Positions 34,419 to 42,380 of a stretch of DNA of 64,000 nt are shown piece by piece. Below the pieces are notes generated by a model, which was given only the letters and a program-made list of their open reading frames with translations, was not told where the DNA came from and did not search any database. Position 1 is the first letter of the stretch. Each line of letters begins with the position of its first letter. The DNA is from Pelagomonas calceolata (lineage: Eukaryota): assembly GCA_918797485.1 (NCBI GenBank), contig CAKKNE010000002.1:5704001-5768000 (forward strand), written 5' to 3'. Made by a program: the position numbers and the translations under genes.

Positions 34419-35086
34419 TGTAAATGCGCCGCGACGCCGCCGCCCGTGTTGTTGTAGACCGCCAGGCCGAGTAGATGCAAGGGCGTGGAAAATAACTGCG
34501 AGACGACCGGCGTGGTCAGGCGCGTCGCGAGCGACGTCTGGGCCGGCGTCAGCGGCAGATTGTAGTCGTCCACGGCCTTGGTGATCGCCGGCGTGACCAA
34601 CGGCGGCAGCGTGAACACGAAGGCCATGGCCAGCACGTCCCTCGAAAAGAATAGACCGTAGGACGGCAGCGGCATTCCCTTGGCCGCGACCACGCCGTAC
34701 ATGCGCGCGAACGCCCGATCCTTGGCGATGCCGGTTGACATGTTGCCGATTGTTGATGCTGCCAATACGGGGAGTGCCGGCTTTATTCCTAGGTATACGG
34801 ATAAAGTGTGGGCAGCATTTGCACCAGCATATGTAGCGCTGTACACCAACATGAGCCACTTCGTCGGCGTACTGCGAATATTGCGTATGGGCTGCTTGAT
34901 CAGTTGGCCGAGGCCCTCGAACATCGCCGGCCAGAGCCGCTGCGCGCCGGCCGCGTTGCGCGTGATGGCCCGGTCCATGGCCGTCACGACGGGGGACACC
35001 GCGACGCTCGCGGCCGCGGCCGCGACGCAGTCGCCCGCGAGGCGCAGGACGACGGAGCCGCCCGGTTTTTGCTGCGGCTCCGGCAT
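34277..35086 (-). CDS. Mitochondrial-carrier-like conserved membrane protein
   Basis: SPVVTAMDRAI, VYSATY..AN, KDRAFARMYG, RDVLAMAFVFTLPP, QLFSTPLHLLGL..YN, LRIIPAFSVGGVVN; Px[D/E]-like helix pattern. Family assignment is approximate. Confidence 0.6.
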   Translation of the reverse strand: MPEPQQKPGGSVVLRLAGDCVAAAAASVAVSPVVTAMDRAITRNAAGAQRLWPAMFEGLGQLIKQPIRNIRSTPTKWLMLVYSATYAGANAAHTLSVYLGIKPALPVLAASTIGNMSTGIAKDRAFARMYGVVAAKGMPLPSYGLFFSRDVLAMAFVFTLPPLVTPAITKAVDDYNLPLTPAQTSLATRLTTPVVSQLFSTPLHLLGLAVYNNTGGGVAAHLQTLRETYPETVTLRMLRIIPAFSVGGVVNASLRERWHDALERRSFGR

Positions 35087-35423
35087 GGCTGCACGCACTG
35101 CGCGCTCGCGCTATCGCGCTGTCGCGCTGGCTGCGCGGCGTCGCGCTGGAGTCGCCTTGGAGAGCGCCTAAAGGAGAGCAGTTGGCTCTAAGCTGTCACT
35201 AAGGTGCCGTGTCCATCGATAAACGTTCGAACCGCCTGCAGCCGCAGCAATGCACTGGTTTTTGGCCGTAGTAGCCTAGAGCAGCTTAGTTTTACGAAGA
35301 GTTTGTTCAGGCTTGCGTCGAACCCCGCATTTCGCAGGCTGATTGCAAGAGCCCGGAACGCGTGGTGCACCGGGACAGGCGCAGCCGTCTATTGCAGACG
35401 GGAGCGATCCGAGGCAAGCATCG

Positions 35424-35445
35424 GCTAGCGTTAAGACACTCTAGC
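35424..35445 (-). promoter_or_regulatory. Recurrent intergenic CTAG...CTAG motif (variant copy)
   Basis: Reverse complement reads GCTAGAGTGTCTTAACGCTAGC; between divergent genes. Confidence 0.5.
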
Positions 35446-35577
35446 TCTCTCGCATCACATGAGAGTGAGAGCAAAGTGCTTGCAAACAGCCATATAGGAC
35501 ATCGTTCGGTCCCAGCACAAGAGGGGAGAGGTAGAAATTGTCTATAGCGTAAGCCCTCGGCCCACAAATCAGCAATC

Positions 35578-36606
35578 ATGCGAGCCACGCGCCGCCTCGT
35601 CCGCGGCCTCTCAGCAGCAGCACAAAGCACGCCGCCGGCGCGGCCCGAGGTCACCTTCAGCATGGAGGGTAGAGCCGTCGACGTCATGGGCACGTGCCCG
35701 GTTCTGAAGGTGGAGACGACGGCGTCGTGCCTCGACGTCGCGGCGACGTTAACCAAACAAAAACGCCACGCCGCGGTCGTCGTCGACGACAACGGCGAGC
35801 TCGCCGGTCTATTATCGGAGCGGGACTTCCTCACGAAACTGAGCCTGGACAAGGGCGCCGCATCAAGCACGTCAGCGGCCCAAATCATGACGCCAAAAGA
35901 AGAGTTAGTCCTCGGTTCAGGCGCGTGCTCCGTGGATCGAGTAGTGAGAAGGATGCGCAAGGAACGCATCTCGTCGTTCCCCTTACTTGATGATGAGACA
36001 GGAGAAGTGTTAGCCGTGATCCACAAGGGGCACATCGCGCGGCAAATTTTTGATGCCCTGAACCAGGAGAACGAGGGTCCAAGTGTGGGCGACATGCTGG
36101 ACTGGCACGCGGAGAAGGCGCGCGAGGGCGACGTGAGAGGGTGTTCGACATCATTACCGCCCTACGCGTCGTTGGCCGAAGCTGTGGACCTCATGCGCGA
36201 CGCAGGGTCAGGATCGTTATCGATCTTCGCGCCACCTCTCGCAACACACTCGCACTTCGTCATGACGACGTCCTTCGGCCTCTTTACGGAGCGGGAGTAC
36301 GTGGCATCGTTACCATTACTTGAGTCTAGGTATGCGGATGATGTGGAGCTTTTCGAGGTCGCGCGTTTTAGTAGGGGCAAGTCCAAGTCGACGATGCGCA
36401 CGATCCACGACGCCGACGACGTCGTGCGGGTGCGGCCGGAGTCGATCACGGCCGTGGAACGGGCGACGCCGGTCCGCGATTGTTTGTCACTGATGCTGGG
36501 CAACGATTTGTTATACGCGCCGGTTACGGAGAACAAGAAGCCCATCGACGTTGTCAGTTTGCGAGATATCAACCTGTACCTCGCGCCGACGGACGGGCAG
36601 ACTTGA
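35578..36606 (+). CDS. CBS-domain protein, probably mitochondrial
   Basis: Arg-rich presequence MRATRRLVRGLSAAA; CBS motifs VVVDDNGELAGLLSERDFL, IMTP, GLFTEREY, VVSLRDI. Confidence 0.8.
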   Translation: MRATRRLVRGLSAAAQSTPPARPEVTFSMEGRAVDVMGTCPVLKVETTASCLDVAATLTKQKRHAAVVVDDNGELAGLLSERDFLTKLSLDKGAASSTSAAQIMTPKEELVLGSGACSVDRVVRRMRKERISSFPLLDDETGEVLAVIHKGHIARQIFDALNQENEGPSVGDMLDWHAEKAREGDVRGCSTSLPPYASLAEAVDLMRDAGSGSLSIFAPPLATHSHFVMTTSFGLFTEREYVASLPLLESRYADDVELFEVARFSRGKSKSTMRTIHDADDVVRVRPESITAVERATPVRDCLSLMLGNDLLYAPVTENKKPIDVVSLRDINLYLAPTDGQT

Positions 36607-36758
36607 GTAATTTTTTCGTCGTCGTCTTCGTCCCGTGTCCACCGGACGCGTAGTGATAGCCTCGAGTCACATCGCGGTTGCGTGTGTGGATTGATTATTT
36701 TCGATTATTCACGCTTCTAGCACTGGTTGGGGGCCCTTGGTATATATATCTATGATTC

Positions 36759-36782
36759 CTAGTGTCTTTACAGGCCGCTAGC
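36759..36782 (+). promoter_or_regulatory. Recurrent intergenic CTAG...CTAG motif
   Basis: CTAGTGTCTTTACAGGCCGCTAGC, ~320 bp upstream of the ERD2-like start. Confidence 0.6.
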
Positions 36783-37102
36783 AAGCTCAATTTGCAGCTC
36801 CAGCCATTGGAGATTGCGACGCGCTCGCGGTAATCAGCAAACGCAGCGACAGCTTGCATCGCTTATTGCGCGCACAACCTCTCGCCGGCGGCGCCGACGC
36901 TCTGTCGTGCTCATACTTTGTTTCCGGGAAAGCACGCCAGACGCGTGTCGCTGCTGCTCAAAGTAGCGCGGCGAGGCACCGCGGCGGCGAATAGCTTGCG
37001 CATCAACCCATCACGCAGCCGCCACAGCCGCGGCAAGACGCGTGTCGCTGACGCCATCTCCATCACGTAGCCGGCGCACGCCGCCGTAAACACCTGATTA
37101 CC

Positions 37103-38151
37103 ATGAAGGGCCACGGCGACGGCGGCATCGCCGGCATCGCGGCGAACGTCAAGAAGTCCAACATGCTGGCGCCCTGGCTAGCGTTTGGCATGCTATCTCT
37201 CGTGGTCTATGGCGCTTTTTCGGATGGTGACTTTTCGTTTCTGCTGACGTATGCGTCGCTGACAAGATGTTTTGCGGTGACGCTCTTAGTTGCTCAATTG
37301 CAACAGTCCAAGTCGGCGTCGGGCATCAGTTCGAAGACATTGCAATGCTACGTCTGCGTGTTTGCATCCCGTTTATTGAGCATCTTGCGCCACGAGGGCT
37401 ACCTCCCCTACGACCGGTCGGGCGACTGGATCTACCACTGCATCGAGGTGGGCGCCTTCCTCGCGACGCTTGCGGCGTTGGCGCTCGTGCACGGCCCGTA
37501 TTCATCAACTTATGATATTACGGCGGACGGCTTCGGCGCGCCGGGCGTGCCCTCGAATTTAGGAGCGTTGGTGCTCATCGTGCCGGCCTTTGTTGTAGCA
37601 TTACTAGTACACCCGGGGCTCAACAAGGACGTGCTGAGCGACGCGAGCTGGACCTACGCCATGTATTTGGAGAGTTTTGCGGTCCTGCCCTGTGTGGAAA
37701 TCAACCAGTGCGTCGGGTGCGGCCGTCCTGGCTCCGTCGAGCGGTGAGGAACCGACATCGCCACGCCATCGAGCAGGCGTCGCGTCGATGGCGTGGAGGA
37801 CGACGCGATGATTCAGCACGAACGCGCCGTAAAATTTTGATTTCCACACAGGTCCTGCCGCAGCTCTACCTCTTCCAGAAGCAAGCCAGACGCGTCGCGA
37901 CGGTGGATTATCTGGTGGGGCACTTCGTCGCGGCGCTGGGCTTATCAAGGGTGGTGGAGATGGGTTTCTGGATGAACTCGTTTCATGAATTAGCGGACCG
38001 CAACGGCAACCGCCACGTCGGCGTCCTGGTCTTGGTCGCACAGATGGTGCACCTCGTGATCATGGGCGACTTCTTCTACTTCTACCTCCGGTCCGTGAAG
38101 AAGGGCCTGCCCATCCAGCTGCCCTCGCCCTCGTCGGCGAACATGGTCTAG
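37103..38151 (+). CDS. ER lumen protein-retaining (KDEL/HDEL) receptor-like protein, 292 aa, two exons (37103-37681, 37852-38151)
   Basis: KSASGISSKTLQCY and WTYAMYLESFA|VLPQLYLFQK. The conserved ESxAxLPQL motif is restored only by removing intron 37682-37851. Confidence 0.88.
37690..37851. mobile_element. Introner copy B (162 bp); intron 37682-37851 on the plus strand
   Basis: Perfect 15-bp TIRs CTGTGTGGAAATCAA / TTGATTTCCACACAG; perfect TSD GTCCTGCC at 37682-37689 and 37852-37859. Confidence 0.93.
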
Positions 38152-38223
38152 TTTACTAAGGAGGCGTAGTCTTTACTTGCCAGATGGGAAGGGTCTCGAT
38201 CGATCGAGGGCGGGGCACGCGCC

Positions 38224-38451
38224 TCAGAAGCAGCTGAAGCAGCCCTTCTTCTGGGCCCGCTCGCTCTCGAGCTCCGCCCACTTGCCGTCGGCCACCTGAA
38301 CGATGCCCGGCTCCTCGTTCTCGAACGCCGTCCGCGCCTCGGCGTTCGAGAAGAGGAAGAGCTTCTCGTCGAGCACGACGTAGACGTCCGGATCCACCGT
38401 CACGAGCTTGCCCTTCGAGACTGCGTAGGCGCAGTAGCCGCCGTACTGCGG
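38224..38451 (-). pseudogene. 5'-truncated YHS-domain-associated protein fragment (missing from the ORF track)
   Basis: Manual translation gives PQYGGYCAYAVSKGKLVTVDPDVYVVLDEKLFLFSNAEARTAFENEEPGIVQVADGKWAELESERAQKKGCFSCF*. An in-frame TAA lies ~6 codons upstream and there is no ATG. Confidence 0.65.
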
Positions 38452-38471
38452 TCGCGAACGCCGGGTTTATT

Positions 38472-38810
38472 GTGTATCGACCCTTCGACGCGGAGGTGCA
38501 GGAGTTATTGCGGAATTGGCGCCGCGTCTACGACCTCGGCTACGCGAAGAAGGTCAGCGTCGACCAGCCGTCGCTCTGGATCGCCCAGCGCAACACGCCG
38601 AACCTGCGGATCCAGGTCCTCGACGTGACGATGTCCTGCCGCGTCCACGACAGCTTCTCGCAGTGTGGGCGCTTCTCGGCGCGGCCCGCGAACTTCGTCA
38701 CGGAGCACACGCGGCGCGCGAAGGCCTGCGTGCTGATCCATGGGCATAACTTGTCGGCGTCGCCGGCGCGGCGCCCGCATCGGTCGGGGAAAGTATCGCC
38801 CGCCGAATAA
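38472..38810 (+). pseudogene. 5'-truncated coding fragment, possibly glycosyltransferase-like C-terminus
   Basis: Coding-like GC3 pattern; ELLRNWRRVY...DQPSLW resembles the DQxxL motif of nucleotide-diphospho-sugar transferases. No ATG (GTG start only) and no room for a promoter. Confidence 0.35.
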
Positions 38811-38825
38811 CTTAGTATACGAAAC

Positions 38826-39665
38826 TTACGCCGTCGCCGTCGCCTCCAACAAAAGCGAGAAGTAGAAGTTCTGCGACGTCAGGTGCGAGCGGTCGACCTT
38901 GAAGCCGTTCTTCGCGAGCGCCGCGACGACGTCCTCCTCCTTGTGCAGGTACGCGCGCGTGGCCTTGGACGGGCCCGGGAACAAGCTACCGACCTTCTTG
39001 AGCACGGCGAGCTGCGGCGTTTTGGGAGCGAAGGACACGTAGATCTTGTCCTTCGAGAGCGCGCAGAGCTTGTCGACCAACCCAACCATCTTGTCCGTGG
39101 GGTAGTGGATCATCACATCAATACAGGAGACCGTGTCGTACTCTCCATTGACATTCTCCATGTCTGAAGTCTCGAACGTCGCCGTGGTGATACCCGCGGC
39201 CGCCGCGCGCTTCGACGCTTCGGTGGCCATGGCGTTCGAGATGTCCGAGGCCGACACGGTCGCGCCCTTCTGGGCTAGCGGGATGGCCAGCGAGCCCACG
39301 CCGCAGCCCAGGTCGCAGACCGTCCTCCCGTCGGCCTCGGCCCAGCTCAGCACCTTATCAATGGTCTGCGCGTGGCCGTCGCGGATTTCCTGCTGGACAC
39401 CATTGACATCATCCGACTCGGAGTAGATCTTGTTCCACCGCCCGAAGCCCTCCTCGCCGTTAAAGTAGCGCTCGACCTCCGTCTTGTCGTCGATGTCCCG
39501 GTTGTCCTCGGCGAGGAGCACGGCGAGGCCGCCGCCGACGGCCAGCGCCCCTAGGCCCTCGACGACGCCCAGCGCCTGCAGCTTCGTCGCTGGCCTCCTC
39601 GTTTGTGCGGGCGCTTGCAGCGCTGACGCGGCCGCGACGCAGGCGAGTATCCTCATGGCCGCCAT
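38826..39665 (-). CDS. chlM: Magnesium-protoporphyrin IX O-methyltransferase, plastid-targeted
   Basis: Bipartite signal AAASA-LQAP; DKTEVERYFNG.GFGRWNKIYS, VQQEIRDGHAQT, VCDLGCGVGSLAIPLA, CIDVMIHYP, FAPKT, FPGPSKATRAYLH. Confidence 0.95.
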   Translation of the reverse strand: MAAMRILACVAAASALQAPAQTRRPATKLQALGVVEGLGALAVGGGLAVLLAEDNRDIDDKTEVERYFNGEEGFGRWNKIYSESDDVNGVQQEIRDGHAQTIDKVLSWAEADGRTVCDLGCGVGSLAIPLAQKGATVSASDISNAMATEASKRAAAAGITTATFETSDMENVNGEYDTVSCIDVMIHYPTDKMVGLVDKLCALSKDKIYVSFAPKTPQLAVLKKVGSLFPGPSKATRAYLHKEEDVVAALAKNGFKVDRSHLTSQNFYFSLLLEATATA

Positions 39666-40057
39666 GGTAGCAGTAACACGTGTGACGTGTAGCTGCCGTG
39701 CAACCGCTTTATGAGCAGCAAGCACGGGTACGCACTAAATCCTTAAGCAAACGCAGCAACCGCGTCGGCTCCGAGGCGAGGTGGACGAGATAAAGAGGCT
39801 CGCAAACGCAATCAACTCAAGGGAGGATATGACGGGTTTATTTTGATCGGCAACAGCATGCATGCGGCGTGGCCAGGGGTCTAGTACGCCCCGTGGACGG
39901 ATGGGGCTGCTTTGCGCCCCATGCGCGGATGCTCGCTACCACCGCGCGGCCCGCGGGCGCGGCAAACCGCTTCTGTTCTGGCCCAGGCCAGGCGCACGAC
40001 TAGAAATAAATCACACACTAAAAAAGAAATCACACAAAGTCAGCTTAGAGACATAGA

Positions 40058-41528
40058 TCACTCGGCGCTCCCGTCGATGCCCACGGCGGCGTCGGCCGCT
40101 TCGCGGATTTGAGCGACCACTTCTTCATCGTTGAGCGCTAGGCAGACGGCCTGCATCTCGCGGTAGGAGCGCTTCGCCCCGCGCGGGGCGCCCGGATCGG
40201 CGACATGGAACGCGTAGAAGCGGTAGAGCGCGCACGCGTAGGCGTTCGCCTCCATCAGGCCCGGGAGCGCCGCCGCCTCGGCCTTCGTGAAGCCGAGGCA
40301 AACCGAGGCTGACCGCGGCCGGCCACCCTCGGGCGAGAGGCTCTCTAGCAGCACTGCCCGCCGGCGCCCGCGCGAGTAGGCCACCAGCATCTTGCGCAGG
40401 CACCTGTGTGGAAATCAACCAGTGCGTCGGGTGCACCCGACAATTCTTCACTAAGTCATTTCTCCGCGATGACGCGGCCGTGCTGGATCGGTCGAGCGGT
40501 GAGGAACCGGCATCACCACGCCATCGAGCAGGCGTCGCGTCGATGGCGTGGAGGATGACGCGGCGATCCAGCACGAACGCGCCGTAAAATTTTGATTTCC
40601 ACACAGGCAGGCACTCGACCTTGAGCGCCGCGCGCTGGGGCGTGCTCGACGCGAGCCGCACGGAATCTACGACGGAATCGTGGAGGAAACAGGCCCCAAC
40701 CGCCGCCGACGCGACGTCGAAGACCAGCGGGCCGCGCCCGACGTCCTCCCAATCCACGAACGTAGAGATCCCGGTCGCCATGGAGTGCAACAGGTTGTCC
40801 GGATACGGGTCCCCGTGGAGCACGCCGGCTGGCAGCTTCGCCGACGCGTCCCGGAGCGCCTGGCGGCAGCGCTCCAGGCGCCCGCCGTCGACGAGCGCCC
40901 ACCGCACGAAGCCCGTCGGCTCCGCGGGCTCCCACGGCCGACCCGCGCCGACGTACACGTCGAGCGGCGCCGCGCACCGGGCGTAGCGCTCGATCCAGCC
41001 GTCGCCCTCGATCGCGGGCAGGTCGTCGTCGTCGTCGACCGGCGACGCATGCACAGCGGCGAGCGCGGCTCCCACCAATTCGCAGGCGGCACTCTCGGGC
41101 AGCTCGCCGTCGTCCACCAGCAGGTTGCAGGCCCGGCCCGGCGCGAGCGCCATGGCCACGGCGCAGGCCGGGCGCCCCGTCGTCGTCGTGCAGTCGACCG
41201 CGTTCAGCGACCGCAGCGCCGGCGCGACGCCGGGCGAGGCCTTCGCCAGTCTCGACAGCACGTCGAGCTGCACGTCGGCGAGTTCGCGGCAGTCGTCGCC
41301 GACGCACGCTTTGAGGACCACGGGCGGCCCATCTCGTAAAACGCAGCGGTAGTTCGCGGCGCAGGCCCCGTTCGTCAGCTTGACGGCGAGCTCCGGCGCT
41401 CCTAAACCCAGCCGCACGAGCACGCGCGCGATCTCTTGGCCGCTCAATTCCGCGGCGTCGACAGCGGACTTATCGAACGCTCCCAAGGCCTGGAGCCGGT
41501 CGGCTGCTGCTTCGACGTGTCCTGACAT
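40058..41528 (-). CDS. Aminoglycoside phosphotransferase / homoserine kinase type II-like kinase, 419 aa, two exons (41528-40615, 40403-40058)
   Basis: G...ANY, VLK, LAAVH, LPAGVLHGDPYPDNLL (Brenner motif), FVDWED. Removing 40614-40404 gives LKVE|CLRKMLVAYSRG, joining ORF 40058-40390. Confidence 0.8.
40404..40606. mobile_element. Introner copy A (203 bp, longest); intron 40404-40614 on the minus strand
   Basis: Perfect TIRs identical to copy B; perfect TSD GCAGGCAC at 40396-40403 and 40607-40614 (GTGCCTGC on the coding strand). Confidence 0.93.
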
Positions 41529-41688
41529 GGCTCTTTTGTCTCTGTGTTGTGTGTTTTGGCCGGAGCAGCGAGCTCGCTGCGCGTGCTATTGCTGCGAGAT
41601 TGTGACTGTTTTGCCTCACGCCCAATAAAAGATGCGTTCGTGAGCCGTGTGCGCGCGCCGAGGCCCAAGCCAGCGGAGAGCGTGAGCA

Positions 41689-41712
41689 GCTAGCGGCATG
41701 TAAGACACTAGC
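41689..41712 (-). promoter_or_regulatory. Recurrent intergenic CTAG...CTAG motif
   Basis: Reverse complement reads GCTAGTGTCTTACATGCCGCTAGC (1 mismatch to the 9161 copy), 160 bp upstream of the kinase start. Confidence 0.6.
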
Positions 41713-42380
41713 AAGCACTCGGAACGCGCATGCAGCTGTTTGAGTATCGCTCCGTTCGCTAACGGTCCAAAGAGATCAATGGGACACGTACTGGGGGCCA
41801 AAAAAGGAATTTTTTTAATTCGCGGCCGAGGGCGCCCGTCGGTCTATGGCGGCCGCGCCGGTGGAATCCTGTCCATCCCTGCCCAAGAGGTCTCCCTGGG
41901 GTCGCTTAGGGTCGGTACTATACACGCGCAATCGCCTACACCGCATGCGCCGGCGCTTCAATCATTTTTGGCCGATTTCTCTCAGCAGACCACTCGGTTT
42001 AGCCATCTTTTGGCCATGGTTTGCTTCCAGAGCTCCCCGAGAGCAATAGGTTGCTGCGTCGATGGCGTGTGCGGTACAGTCGCTTACCCACTACCAGACC
42101 TACCTCGAGAGACTTCCAGGAGCCGATCTGCCCCTGAAAAAAGTGTGTAATTTGGACCCGATGTCGCCCCGTTCCCGTCGGATTGGAGAACGTTGCGGTG
42201 GGCACATCAAACTACATTAGGCACGTCGAGCAGACGCAGCTCGCGGCCAGAAAAATTATCTTACGATTTTTGCGGCGGTGCGGCGGCGGCGCGCCCTAGT
42301 TTAGCGCGTTGTGTGTAAGCGCGGAGTTTTATTCTTCTGCGCGTGGGGGTATGTGCTACTCTATAGTATAAGTAACTCGC

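Noticed and set aside
41764..42158. GGTCCAAA / TTTGGACC inverted pair bounding a ~395-bp intergenic block
   Set aside because: Only 8 bp, does not extend, and has no TSD; compatible with chance.
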